Of a stretch of 64,000 bases of DNA, positions 28,680-38,447 are shown in pieces; position 1 is the stretch's first letter; the number at the start of each line of letters is the position of its first letter. The position numbers and the translations under genes are program-made. The DNA is taken from NCBI GenBank assembly GCA_964496425.1, contig CAZBZO010000005.1, positions 10,015-74,014 on the forward strand, in the 5' to 3' direction. This stretch comes from an uncultured Candidatus Saccharibacteria bacterium. GTDB taxonomy: Bacteria > Patescibacteriota > Minisyncoccia > Phycocordibacterales > UBA9973. A model generated the notes under the pieces. That model was given only the letters and a program-made list of their open reading frames with translations, did not search any database and had not been told where the DNA came from.

Positions 28680-30030
28680 TGCCATCAGTCCGATCGATGG
28701 ACGATATAGTGAAAAAACCAAAGAACTTACGCAATTTTTTAGCGAAGCGGCCCTTATGCGCTATCGCGTGATCGTGGAAGGTGAGTACTTGATTGCGCTT
28801 TCACTTTCCGGCAAAACGCATGTTCGCAAATTCTCAGCTCTCGAGCAGGATAAGATTCGAAGTTTGTATGATCTCTCTTCTGCTGATGTGCTCGCGATCA
28901 AAAAATACGAAGCTACTACAAACCATGACGTGAAGGCGGTGGAATATTTTTTGAAAGATAAACTCGGCAAGACATCACTTAAAGACAGCATTGAATGGAT
29001 CCATTTTGCCCTGACTTCCGAAGATACCAACAATAGTGCTTACGCCCTAATGCTTTCGCATGGACTTGGCAAAGTAATACTTCCGAGCCTAGAGGAACTG
29101 CAGAAAACCTTTGATGGATTTGCCAAACAATACGCCAAGCTCCCCATGCTTGCTCGCACACATGGCCAGTCTGCTTCCCCAACAACGCTTGGCCATGAGT
29201 TCGGCGTCTTTGCATTTCGATTGAAGCGGCAGATTGGGCAATTGAAATCACACTCAATGCTGGTGAAGCTCTCCGGCGCTACCGGCAACTATAATGCTCA
29301 CATGGTTGCCTATCCAAACGTGGATTGGAAAGCATTCACAAAAAATTTTGTTGCGGATCTTTCAAAACGTGAAGGTGCGCGGCTCGAAGCCAACTTCATG
29401 ACGACTCAAATCGAATCCCATGATACCTACGCCGAACTCTTCGATATCATGCGCCGAGCCAATACTATACTCATTGGTTTTGATCAGGATATGTGGCGAT
29501 ATATTTCAGACAGCTGGCTCACACAAAAGCCTAAAGCAGGGGAAGTTGGTTCGTCCACTATGCCGCACAAAATCAATCCGATTGATTTTGAAAACAGCGA
29601 AGGTAATTTGGGTATTGCTAATGCTTTATTTACTCATTTTTCTACCAAGCTTCCGATCTCTCGTCTTCAGCGTGATCTTTCAGACTCAACAGTCGAGCGC
29701 AATTTCGGCGTAGCGTTTGCCCACTCACTTCTCGCGTATCAATCGACGCTGAAAGGTTTATCAAAAATCGCCGTCAATGAAACTAAAATCCTTGAAGTAC
29801 TCGACGATCATCCAGAAGTCATCGCTGAGGCGATCCAGACTGTTCTCCGCCGAGAAGGTGTGGCTGTGCCCTATGAAAAACTCAAAGAGCTTACCCGCGG
29901 CAAAAAAGTCACCTTAGCTGATTTTCATACATTTATTGATGGTCTTTCAGTATCTGCGAAAGTCAAAACTGAACTCAAAAAATTCACTCCAAGAAACTAT
30001 ATTGGACTGGCAGGTAAATTTTACAAATAA
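28666..30030 (+). CDS. purB: Adenylosuccinate lyase
   Basis: ISPIDGRY, TNHDVKAVEY, GSSTMPHKINPIDFEN and SRLQRDLSDST motifs. Confidence 0.97.
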   Translation: MQSIDAISPIDGRYSEKTKELTQFFSEAALMRYRVIVEGEYLIALSLSGKTHVRKFSALEQDKIRSLYDLSSADVLAIKKYEATTNHDVKAVEYFLKDKLGKTSLKDSIEWIHFALTSEDTNNSAYALMLSHGLGKVILPSLEELQKTFDGFAKQYAKLPMLARTHGQSASPTTLGHEFGVFAFRLKRQIGQLKSHSMLVKLSGATGNYNAHMVAYPNVDWKAFTKNFVADLSKREGARLEANFMTTQIESHDTYAELFDIMRRANTILIGFDQDMWRYISDSWLTQKPKAGEVGSSTMPHKINPIDFENSEGNLGIANALFTHFSTKLPISRLQRDLSDSTVERNFGVAFAHSLLAYQSTLKGLSKIAVNETKILEVLDDHPEVIAEAIQTVLRREGVAVPYEKLKELTRGKKVTLADFHTFIDGLSVSAKVKTELKKFTPRNYIGLAGKFYK

Positions 30031-30066
30031 AAATGTCCGATCAGAAGTTACTCTGACCGGACATTT
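30031..30066. terminator. Terminator between convergent genes
   Basis: AAATGTCCG.TCAGA / TCTGA.CGGACATTT. Confidence 0.8.
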
Positions 30067-30076
30067 GTTTGGCTTA

Positions 30077-31111
30077 CTATGAAAGTCCGAAGATTTGCTT
30101 CGGGTAATCAACAATCATTTTTACCATTGCCTCAATTTCTTCTTTACTGTCCCCAATCCTGCAATTCTCGAGGACTGTTACAAACCCTTTTTTTAAGGAA
30201 GCTGCCGTATGAGGACAGAATGTATCGGTGACATTGGCAAGACCTGTTGGTGTTACCAATACTCCGTGATTATACATTTCCATAATATTCGGCAGGCTGT
30301 TTCGCATGTTAATTGGGGGCATTATTTCTTCACCAAACTTCTCACGCCAGGCCATGTAGTCTATGTCTTTCCACTCTTTCCACTTGGTAGTGATCTGAGC
30401 TTTTGGGCAAACAATTAACCCGGTTTTATGGTCTACCATTCTTTGGTAAACATCAAACCTTTTTTGCTCCGAATACGCGCCGATTGAAGTACCGTATATG
30501 AAATGTACTTTACCATCAAAATCTTTTCCTGCAGTATCCATGAAATCAAGGACAGCGATGGTTTCTTCCTCGCGGAAATCATTGGCTTGATCAACCTGGA
30601 AAAATAATTTTTTGCCGGTTTTCGCACTCAAATTGAAAAAGAATTCCAGGCTCTGCTGCAGATTATCCGCTTCAATTTCGCGAAACAATGCCGGACTGAA
30701 AGCATCAAGTAACGGTGCAATTTCAAGGTAAAGAGCGCGGAGTGCGGGATTTTGTACCGATTCGAGATGATGGCCCAGTAGGATAACTTTTATAAGCGGG
30801 TGTCTTGACTTAAGATTATCCAGTGCGTTGATAGTTTTTTTTCCGATTGTTGTGTGGATGTCAACAGCGAATGCCATTGTGTTGCAGTTGCGGTCGATAA
30901 GGTCAATGGCCAAATTATTTGCATTAAAGTATATGCTTTCTTCGCTCAATCCCTGAAGAATACTCAATGCTGTTGGACGTTTATCCGGCATAGATGTATT
31001 GCTGGGAGTATATGCCATGTCGGCAGTATATGCCCGGCAAGCATACGTAAAGGTACACATTAAGCTGCCTTGTGACTTAACTTTTTCCATGATTTGTTGA
31101 ATCGCGTACAT
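30077..31111 (-). CDS. Amidohydrolase-fold protein lacking all metal ligands (probable pseudo-enzyme)
   Basis: Aligns by eye along its length with 32851-33828, but the His/Asp ligands are substituted. TTGACA at 31174-31179. Confidence 0.75.
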   Translation of the reverse strand: MYAIQQIMEKVKSQGSLMCTFTYACRAYTADMAYTPSNTSMPDKRPTALSILQGLSEESIYFNANNLAIDLIDRNCNTMAFAVDIHTTIGKKTINALDNLKSRHPLIKVILLGHHLESVQNPALRALYLEIAPLLDAFSPALFREIEADNLQQSLEFFFNLSAKTGKKLFFQVDQANDFREEETIAVLDFMDTAGKDFDGKVHFIYGTSIGAYSEQKRFDVYQRMVDHKTGLIVCPKAQITTKWKEWKDIDYMAWREKFGEEIMPPINMRNSLPNIMEMYNHGVLVTPTGLANVTDTFCPHTAASLKKGFVTVLENCRIGDSKEEIEAMVKMIVDYPKQIFGLS

Positions 31112-31289
31112 AATTTTCTTTAGTTTTAAATCGTTAACAATTTTGATCTATTTCTATAACATTTTTCTATTTTTGTCAATAAGGAAATATTTCTTATTTT
31201 GCTTTGTTTTTTAGAATATGCGTAAGATTTCCACAGACTTGTACGGTGGATTCTTGCAAACCCAATTTCCCGTTATAAAATTTAAATAT

Positions 31290-32774
31290 ATGAAGAAACT
31301 ACTCATTATTGCCTTGTTTAGTTTGTCTTTTTTCTTATCCATAAATCGTGCTTTTGCCGCAGTTTCTATTAGTGAAATTATGTACGATCCAGACGGATCT
31401 GACACCAACCGTGAGTGGGTAGAGCTCTACAACGATGGTTCTGGAAGTGTCGATCTCTCCGGCTGGAAATTTGTTGAAGCTGATACAAACCATGGCTTGA
31501 CCAGCTATTCCGGCGGCGCTTCAATCTCTGCTGGGGGCTATGCCATCATTGCTCTTGATCCTGCAACATTTTCTAGTGAATGGAGCGCAGGATCGGTGCC
31601 ACTTTTTGATGCGAGCTTTTCACTCGGCAATGCGACGGGGGAATCACTTTCTCTAAAAAATAGTGCTGGCGAAATTGTTTTTACAGTGACCTATGATCCG
31701 ACACTTGGTGCATCTGATGATGCGAACAGCTTGCAGAAATATAGCGGCTCATGGGTGGCGGCTGATCCGACGCCTGGGAAAACTAATAGCAATAAAGATG
31801 CAGAAGGATCAAACGATGATACTGGCGGCGGGAACACTGATGATGACGATGATGGCAATTCAAATGATGATTCAAATACCAGCGAAAGCGCAGCGCAGGA
31901 AGTGACAGATGAGAAAGTAGAAATCCATGATGAGTGGCAGCTTGCACTCACTGCAGAGTCGTATGGCGTAGTCGGTAGCCCTTCGACGTTTACTACAGAA
32001 GTAGAAAATCTTTTTGGGAACACTGTTCGGCCGGGGCGCTATGTCTGGAATATGGGTGATGGCATAATCTATGACGGTACTCAATATCAAAATGTCACTC
32101 ACACATACGAATATCCAGGTGAGTATGTCATCGTGCTTGATTACTGGCGTACGGGAGCATTTGAAAAAGAAGTCTCAGTTAGGCACACGTTTAGCGTAAA
32201 ATCTTCAACAATGACTATCGCCGCGAAAGCGACTCCCGAAGGTATGCTCGACGTTACGCTCACCAACACTACTGCCAATGAAATCGATCTCACTGGCTGG
32301 CAACTTCTCACTGCAACACATTTTTATAATATCCCACCTTCAACAATTATTCTCGCTAACAAATCGCTCACGCTCACTGCACGCAGTACAGGGTTTGTGG
32401 CAGCAGAAGAATCATCACTGCGGCTTGTAGATCCAAGTAGCAACACCATTGCTTCAGTAATTACAGTATTGCCACCAGTGGTTGCTGTAGCAAAAGTTTC
32501 TAGTATAACTCTTCCACCAGTTGCGATAGCTGTTCCATTGAAACTAGCGCCAACTTCAAATGCTAATTTCGCAGATATTAAAATACCAAATGAAACTTTG
32601 GTAGCTCAAGCAGTCAAGATCCCTGAAACGTCAAAGTCATATCTTTCATGGTTCTTGCTTGCTGCGCTTATCATCCTAGGAGCAAGCAGTATTATTTTCT
32701 TGAGACGCGCACGAACAACTGAGGACGAGTCTCCATCACTTACCGAAGCTGACAAGATCCAAATAATAGAATGA
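31290..32774 (+). CDS. Surface protein with lamin-tail and PKD-like domains and a C-terminal TM anchor
   Basis: Signal peptide, ISEIMYDP..EWVELYN, PTPG, acidic linker, WNMGDG..HTYEYPGEY and DLTGW. Confidence 0.85.
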   Translation: MKKLLIIALFSLSFFLSINRAFAAVSISEIMYDPDGSDTNREWVELYNDGSGSVDLSGWKFVEADTNHGLTSYSGGASISAGGYAIIALDPATFSSEWSAGSVPLFDASFSLGNATGESLSLKNSAGEIVFTVTYDPTLGASDDANSLQKYSGSWVAADPTPGKTNSNKDAEGSNDDTGGGNTDDDDDGNSNDDSNTSESAAQEVTDEKVEIHDEWQLALTAESYGVVGSPSTFTTEVENLFGNTVRPGRYVWNMGDGIIYDGTQYQNVTHTYEYPGEYVIVLDYWRTGAFEKEVSVRHTFSVKSSTMTIAAKATPEGMLDVTLTNTTANEIDLTGWQLLTATHFYNIPPSTIILANKSLTLTARSTGFVAAEESSLRLVDPSSNTIASVITVLPPVVAVAKVSSITLPPVAIAVPLKLAPTSNANFADIKIPNETLVAQAVKIPETSKSYLSWFLLAALIILGASSIIFLRRARTTEDESPSLTEADKIQIIE

Positions 32775-32850
32775 TAAGAATTTTTTGAGGTAATGGATCC
32801 ACACTGTCTCCACTCGACTTTTTTTATTGCCATGCTAGGATATGACCAGT

Positions 32851-33828
32851 ATGGAAACTAACCCTTGGGACCTCAAATCTCGCATGCTCGCCGCAATAGC
32901 GGAAAAAGGCGGCTTTGCCAACTGCCACGCTCACTTCGATAAGGCATATTACATTACCAAAGACGGTCTTGATAAGGCTATGGTCGACATGGAACAGAAA
33001 TGGCTCATGTCGGACGATATTAAAAGGAATTCCTCCCAAGTAGAGATCGAAGAACGGATTCGCCGCGGGCTGGATATGTTGGTCGCCCAAGGCTGTACTT
33101 ATACCTGCACATTTGTGGATGCTTATGACGCTGTGGACCACCGAGCGATCGACGCTGGACTCAAAGTAAAAGAAGAATACAAAGATAAAATAAAAGTGAA
33201 GCTTATTACTCAGCCACTCGGCGGCCTGCTCGACGAAAAAGCACGAGCACTCTACGAAGCGATCACCGCCAAAGCTGACATTGCTGGCGGCTTGCCGAGC
33301 AAAGACCGTCCACGTGATGACGAGAACTACGATGTACTCTTTGGTATTGCCAAAAATCTCAATAAGCCGCTTCATGTCCATATCGATCAAGAAAACAATC
33401 CTGACGAACGTGATAGCGAGAAACTTATCGCGGCAGTGAAGCGTCATGGATACGAAGGCCGCACGGTGGCGATCCATGCGATATCTGTTTCTGCCCAACC
33501 AAAAGCTTACCGCGCGGATATTTACAAAAAATTCGCTGACCTTGGTATAGCTGTGGTTTGTTGTCCAACAGCAGCGCTTTCAATGCGCCAGCTCGACGAT
33601 AAAACTGGACCAATACACAACTCGATCGCAAACGTACCAGAAATGCTGGAAGCGGGAGTGACCGTCGGCCTTGGAGTAGATAATGTCCTCGACTTTTACG
33701 AACCGTTTGTGGATGGGGATATGTGGACTGAACTTCGATTTTTGCAGGAAGCCTGCAGATTTTATGTATTCGATCCGCTTGTTGATATTGCATCTACAAA
33801 CGGCAAGAAGATTTTGGATTATATGTAA
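32851..33828 (+). CDS. Cytosine-deaminase-like metal-dependent amidohydrolase
   Basis: NCHAHFDKAY, LHVHIDQ, AIHA and GLGVDN motifs. Alternative start at 32842. Confidence 0.88.
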   Translation: METNPWDLKSRMLAAIAEKGGFANCHAHFDKAYYITKDGLDKAMVDMEQKWLMSDDIKRNSSQVEIEERIRRGLDMLVAQGCTYTCTFVDAYDAVDHRAIDAGLKVKEEYKDKIKVKLITQPLGGLLDEKARALYEAITAKADIAGGLPSKDRPRDDENYDVLFGIAKNLNKPLHVHIDQENNPDERDSEKLIAAVKRHGYEGRTVAIHAISVSAQPKAYRADIYKKFADLGIAVVCCPTAALSMRQLDDKTGPIHNSIANVPEMLEAGVTVGLGVDNVLDFYEPFVDGDMWTELRFLQEACRFYVFDPLVDIASTNGKKILDYM

Positions 33829-33856
33829 ACACGAAACATGCGTTTCGTGTTTTTTA
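33827..33856 (+). terminator. Intrinsic terminator
   Basis: AAACACGAAAC-atgc-GTTTCGTGTTT followed by a T-tract. Confidence 0.7.
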
Positions 33857-33881
33857 TTATTACTTAAATAACTAATTTTTT

Positions 33882-35168
33882 ATGGCAAAACTTTGGCAAG
33901 CAAAAGGCACCGCACTTCATCCACTCGTGGAAAAATATACTGTCGGCAATGATTATGAGCTCGATAAGCGTCTCTTGCCGTATGACATCGAAGCGTCGAT
34001 TGCTCACGGGCAAGCGCTGGTAAAACTGAAAATCCTCACAAGGGCAGAATTCACAAAACTCAAAGGTGGCTTGCTGGAAATCCTCAAGCTCCACAAAGCG
34101 GGGAAGTTTGAAATAAAACAATCAGACGAGGATTGCCACACCGCAATCGAGAACTATTTGGTAGCAAAGTTAGGAGGACTTGGAAAGAAAATCCACACCT
34201 GTCGTTCACGAAACGATCAAGTGCTTGTCGCTACGCGTCTCTATACGCGCCACAAGCTAAAGCAAATCAGTATCGAACTCATCAAGACACAAAAAGTATT
34301 TTTGGCGATGGCTAAAAAATATGAATTTCTACCAATGCCCGGCTATACTCACACTCGCCGTGCCATGCCAAGCTCGGTTGGTCACTGGGCCGCTGCGTAT
34401 GTGGAAGAACTCATCAATGATCACATGCTTTTGGAATCTGCCTACAAACTAAACGATCAAAACCCAATGGGTGCAGCGGCTGGATTTGGTATCAATTTGC
34501 CTTTGGATCGAGAGTATACCAGTAAGCTGTTAGGCTTTGGGCGCACTCAGGTCAATTCGCTCTACGCCGTGAATAGTCGTGGGCCAACAGAGAGTTATAT
34601 TCTTTCAGTTCTTACGAAAGTCGTGATGACACTCGGCCGCCTTTCAAACGAAATGATTTGGTTTACGACGCCGGAGTTTCAATTTTTCTTTTTGCCAAAT
34701 GAATTTACGACTGGCTCGTCTATCATGCCGCAGAAGAAAAATCCTGATGTTTTCGAAATACTTCGCTCCAACGTCAACGTCATCGTGGCACTTCAGACGC
34801 AAGTCAAAGATATTTCCAAAAATCTTATCTCTGGCTACAACCGCGATACGCAGCTCACCAAAGAGCCACTGATCAAAGGTATGGGCATTGCTCGTCGTTC
34901 ACTTGAAATCGCATCTTTAGTGATGGCTAAGGTGAAGCCAAACAAAGAAAAACTCATGAAGTCCCTCGAACCGGAATTCTTTGCAGTGCATGAAGCCAAT
35001 AGACTTGTAAAAGAGGGTATGCCGTTTCGCGATGCCTATACGCATGTCAAAGAACATCTCCATGAGCTCAAAGTAGGGGATCCAGTGAAAGCCATCAAGG
35101 AAGTAGTATCCTTGGGCGGCCCCGGCAATCTCCAGCTCGATAAATACAAAATCTCAAAGCCCTTGTAA
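33882..35168 (+). CDS. argH: Argininosuccinate lyase family protein
   Basis: MAKLW, EDCHTAIE, HTCRSRNDQ, MPGYTH, TGSSIMPQKKNPD, GYNRD and PFRDAY motifs. Confidence 0.9.
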   Translation: MAKLWQAKGTALHPLVEKYTVGNDYELDKRLLPYDIEASIAHGQALVKLKILTRAEFTKLKGGLLEILKLHKAGKFEIKQSDEDCHTAIENYLVAKLGGLGKKIHTCRSRNDQVLVATRLYTRHKLKQISIELIKTQKVFLAMAKKYEFLPMPGYTHTRRAMPSSVGHWAAAYVEELINDHMLLESAYKLNDQNPMGAAAGFGINLPLDREYTSKLLGFGRTQVNSLYAVNSRGPTESYILSVLTKVVMTLGRLSNEMIWFTTPEFQFFFLPNEFTTGSSIMPQKKNPDVFEILRSNVNVIVALQTQVKDISKNLISGYNRDTQLTKEPLIKGMGIARRSLEIASLVMAKVKPNKEKLMKSLEPEFFAVHEANRLVKEGMPFRDAYTHVKEHLHELKVGDPVKAIKEVVSLGGPGNLQLDKYKISKPL

Positions 35169-35260
35169 AACGGTGTTTGACGTAAGATTATTGACATACT
35201 AATAAAAAGTATGTTATTTTGTATTGGACAAAAACCTACATTTACAAAAAATAGAAAAAA

Positions 35261-35764
35261 ATGAGAAAACAACTGATTACAGACCCCAAGGTATCTGAAG
35301 TCCTTGTGGAAGCTACCAGCGAATTAGTTTCAAGACTGGTAATGATTGCAGAAAGCAGGAAAGGCGAATTAGCCCCAAAGAATTTTAGGAAAATTAATTA
35401 TGTTTTAATCTGGATTCCGAAGTTGCTAAAAGAGTTTCAATGGGACCTCGAAAATGACTGGCAAAAACCATTCCACCATTTTTTTCAATGTGTTGTTATC
35501 AACCTTCAAATGTTGTGCAAGATTTATGAAGATGATGAATGTTCCAAGCTTCATTCTGTTGTAAAACTTCACTTCAAGGAAAAATTTGAAGAATATTATC
35601 GTGCACAGGAAAAAGGACGACGCGTCTCATTAAGGGAAATCGAAGCCCAATATCTCGGAGATGGTTTTATGCATGGAGGTGAATTTAGGAAGATTACCAC
35701 CCAGATTGAAAATTCCATTTATTCTGATACAGAGTGGTATAAAACAAAAGGTTGGCAGGCGTAA
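35261..35764 (+). CDS. AT-rich orphan protein
   Basis: 167-aa ORF with TTGACA at 35191-35196 and a terminator at 35784-35810. Confidence 0.65.
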   Translation: MRKQLITDPKVSEVLVEATSELVSRLVMIAESRKGELAPKNFRKINYVLIWIPKLLKEFQWDLENDWQKPFHHFFQCVVINLQMLCKIYEDDECSKLHSVVKLHFKEKFEEYYRAQEKGRRVSLREIEAQYLGDGFMHGGEFRKITTQIENSIYSDTEWYKTKGWQA

Positions 35765-35783
35765 CGCAAGGAGTTTTCTTTTG

Positions 35784-35810
35784 GGGCTACAAAATATTTG
35801 TAGCCCTTTT
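35784..35810 (+). terminator. Intrinsic terminator
   Basis: GGGCTACAAA-ata-TTTGTAGCCC-TTTT. Confidence 0.8.
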
Positions 35811-37424
35811 CTAATGCCCAAAAAAGCCGCGGGCGAGGGGGTCGGGGATGAGGTAGAGAGGAACATTGTTTTTCTGGCAGACTTCAATGGATTTTGGATC
35901 GTTGACTGAACCGGATTCAGAAAATATTGCTTTTACTCCGGCGGTGATCAATGTCTCCGGTGCATCAGGAAACGGGAAGAAGCTGTCGCTATAAGCTACA
36001 GCACCATTGATATCATGTCCGGCATCAGTGGCACGAGAGAGTGCAAGCTTAGCAGCTCCCACGCGGTCTTGTTGGCCGACGCCATTGCCGATGAGCATAC
36101 CGTCTTTTACAAGTGAGATAGTATTTGAGTTCGATGTTGAGCCGATGGCCCAGGCCAAAAGTATATCTTTTTCTTGTTCCAGACTTGCTGTTCCATGTTT
36201 CTCAAGTTCCACTTGTTTAAAATCAAGCACAAAAGTGTAGTTGGGTTGGATGAGGAATCCGCCGCGGACATAGCGGAAGCGATGGTCAGTATCGAGTGAA
36301 TCTTTTGATAGTGTTGAAAGGGCAGGGTTGGCAAGGAAACGACACCTGTCGCCTTTGCGGCGAAGCGTAGTGATCGCCGAGTCAGAAAATGATGGAGCAA
36401 TAATACCGTCGAGAATCCTGCGGCCACTTTCCATACCATAGGAGAGAAGTATTTCTGCAAGTGTTTCGTCTATTTCAAAATTGGTCATCACTAAACCACC
36501 AAAGATCGCTCGCTTGTCACCATCTACCATTTTTTTAAGCACCTCTTCTTTGGAGTCTCCAAAGGCTGCTCCACAGGCATTGCCATGTTTGACGGCGATA
36601 GCCACAAACGGCACGGAGCCATAATTGATATCAAAGCCAGCGGCGATATGGGTGATAGTGATGAGGAGGCGATCAATGTCAGCGTAGTTGTTAAATGATG
36701 GCGGTGTACCCTCGATCAGTTTGAAATTTTCTAATGCTAAGGGATCAGCAGTATTTTTTTTATATAAAAAAGCCGGCTTTTGATATCCATTTTCACCATA
36801 TTTACACTCGGCGATTTGTTCGCCGACAAAGCCCTCATATTTATTTTTTCCATGATACCGAGCCGATGTGAGAACGTATGAAGCGACAATATGTTCAGCT
36901 TTGGCGGCAAGTGCGCCAAGGAAGATTTCTTTCTCAGGCTCACCCGCTGAAAGCCATTCAATGACTTTACTACGATCACTTGGATCACAAATTACGATTC
37001 GTCCAGCCTTCGCTGCGCCGCGGATCATTGTCGGTCCGCCAATATCAGTTTGCTCGATTACAGACTCTTTTGTGCTTTCAGGTTTAGCAATTTCTGCCGC
37101 CAAGGGATACATATCACAGCAGACCAGATCAATGAAGCGAATACTTCTATCGGCGAGCTCTTTTCGATCCTCAGATGTGTCTTTGGCTAAAATACCCGCG
37201 TGAATTTCACGTGAAAGAGTGACAACACGATGCCCGAGTATGGGCTCACCGACAATACTGCCGACGTCTGTGACCACAATATTATTCTCAGTGAGGATTT
37301 TAGCTGTACCACCAGACGCAAGAATTTCCCAGGAATAATTTTTGTCAGCTAAAAGTGCCTGGGCAAAGTCTACAATGCCAGTTTTGTCGTATACGGAAAT
37401 AAGTGCAACACGTGATGGTTTCAT
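35811..37424 (-). CDS. purH: Bifunctional AICAR formyltransferase/IMP cyclohydrolase
   Basis: ALISVYDKTG, SGGTA, DIGGPTMIR, KYGEN, KHGNACG, GQQDRV and SDSFFPFPD motifs. Confidence 0.95.
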   Translation of the reverse strand: MKPSRVALISVYDKTGIVDFAQALLADKNYSWEILASGGTAKILTENNIVVTDVGSIVGEPILGHRVVTLSREIHAGILAKDTSEDRKELADRSIRFIDLVCCDMYPLAAEIAKPESTKESVIEQTDIGGPTMIRGAAKAGRIVICDPSDRSKVIEWLSAGEPEKEIFLGALAAKAEHIVASYVLTSARYHGKNKYEGFVGEQIAECKYGENGYQKPAFLYKKNTADPLALENFKLIEGTPPSFNNYADIDRLLITITHIAAGFDINYGSVPFVAIAVKHGNACGAAFGDSKEEVLKKMVDGDKRAIFGGLVMTNFEIDETLAEILLSYGMESGRRILDGIIAPSFSDSAITTLRRKGDRCRFLANPALSTLSKDSLDTDHRFRYVRGGFLIQPNYTFVLDFKQVELEKHGTASLEQEKDILLAWAIGSTSNSNTISLVKDGMLIGNGVGQQDRVGAAKLALSRATDAGHDINGAVAYSDSFFPFPDAPETLITAGVKAIFSESGSVNDPKSIEVCQKNNVPLYLIPDPLARGFFGH

Positions 37425-37430
37425 AGTTTT

Positions 37431-37790
37431 TTAAGCAGCTTCTCTCATAGAATTGGTAATGTCCCTGATGTCTTTTTTGGGGACATCATTCGGTTGGAGT
37501 TTCTTAATGACCGTTTTTATATCATCTATCTGCATCCAGGTAAGCAGGGTATCTATTGTTTGTTGTTTGCTTGCTTCACTAGAAATAGATGCAAACTGCT
37601 GTTTGAGTTGAGAGAAAAATTCTAAAATATCGCTCTGATCTTCATGTGAAAGAAATTCTGAAATAATTTTCTTATTGTCAGTCGATATCGTATCTCCAAA
37701 AGTATCCTTTAGATCGGCAGCAATTTTTAGTTCAATTTCTCCTACTTTACCTCTTATTTTTTCCCCCTCATACCAAGCTTCTTTTGACAT
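37431..37790 (-). CDS. Hypothetical protein
   Basis: 119-aa ORF. TAGTAT lies 7 nt upstream of the ATG. Confidence 0.65.
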   Translation of the reverse strand: MSKEAWYEGEKIRGKVGEIELKIAADLKDTFGDTISTDNKKIISEFLSHEDQSDILEFFSQLKQQFASISSEASKQQTIDTLLTWMQIDDIKTVIKKLQPNDVPKKDIRDITNSMREAA

Positions 37791-37817
37791 AGTCCTTATA
37801 CTAGCACAGGGAATATC

Positions 37818-38447
37818 TTAATGGGAACCTTTGTTCCAGGAGACTAATTTCCCGGCTTTTATTTCCACTTGATCTGCTTTTCGGAGTCCTGTAACCATCT
37901 TTTTTGTTAAGATCTGCTCATGTGGTGATTCATCAAGTGCCTCGATGATGTAATAGAGATCATGTTCGCTCGTTATCCAGTTTTTCTTGTTATATTTTGC
38001 CAGGTTGAATGGTCGCGAGAAACTGCGAAGCGTTTTTGTACCATCGTTGAGGAAATATTCATGGAAGTATGACATGGCAAGCTCTCGAGGTGTTTTATAT
38101 ACAGGCTCTCGATAGCGAAGGACGGCGTGGTTGGTTTTGGAAATGGCGCCCCAATGCCCATGGCGCTTGAAGAGTGTAACGACATGATCGAAGTCTTTGA
38201 GATTGCTGGGCGAGACTTTGAGATCCATGAGGAGCGCCGGCTCGCCATGGAAGCTAAGAATGGCCGCCGCCAAGAGCGCTCCTTCCGCACAATGGGCTTT
38301 CTTTTTTTGAAGTACCGTACGCGGCGATCTGCATGTTTCACCATCTTCTTCAAAATTGATCGGTAACGTTTCCAGAAAATCTTGAATTTTCTTCGGAGTA
38401 TTGAGCTTCTTGAACAAAGCTTTTTCTTGTTTGGTTAGATCAAGCAT
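37818..38447 (-). CDS. Conserved hypothetical protein, transglutaminase-like Cys/His motifs
   Basis: AHCAEGALLAAA, DHVVTLF and WGAISKTNHAVLRYREPVY motifs. Confidence 0.7.
   Translation of the reverse strand: MLDLTKQEKALFKKLNTPKKIQDFLETLPINFEEDGETCRSPRTVLQKKKAHCAEGALLAAAILSFHGEPALLMDLKVSPSNLKDFDHVVTLFKRHGHWGAISKTNHAVLRYREPVYKTPRELAMSYFHEYFLNDGTKTLRSFSRPFNLAKYNKKNWITSEHDLYYIIEALDESPHEQILTKKMVTGLRKADQVEIKAGKLVSWNKGSH

Noticed and set aside
31790-31900. GATGAT-rich tandem repeat
   Set aside because: It encodes an ordinary Asp/Asn/Gly linker in the surface protein.
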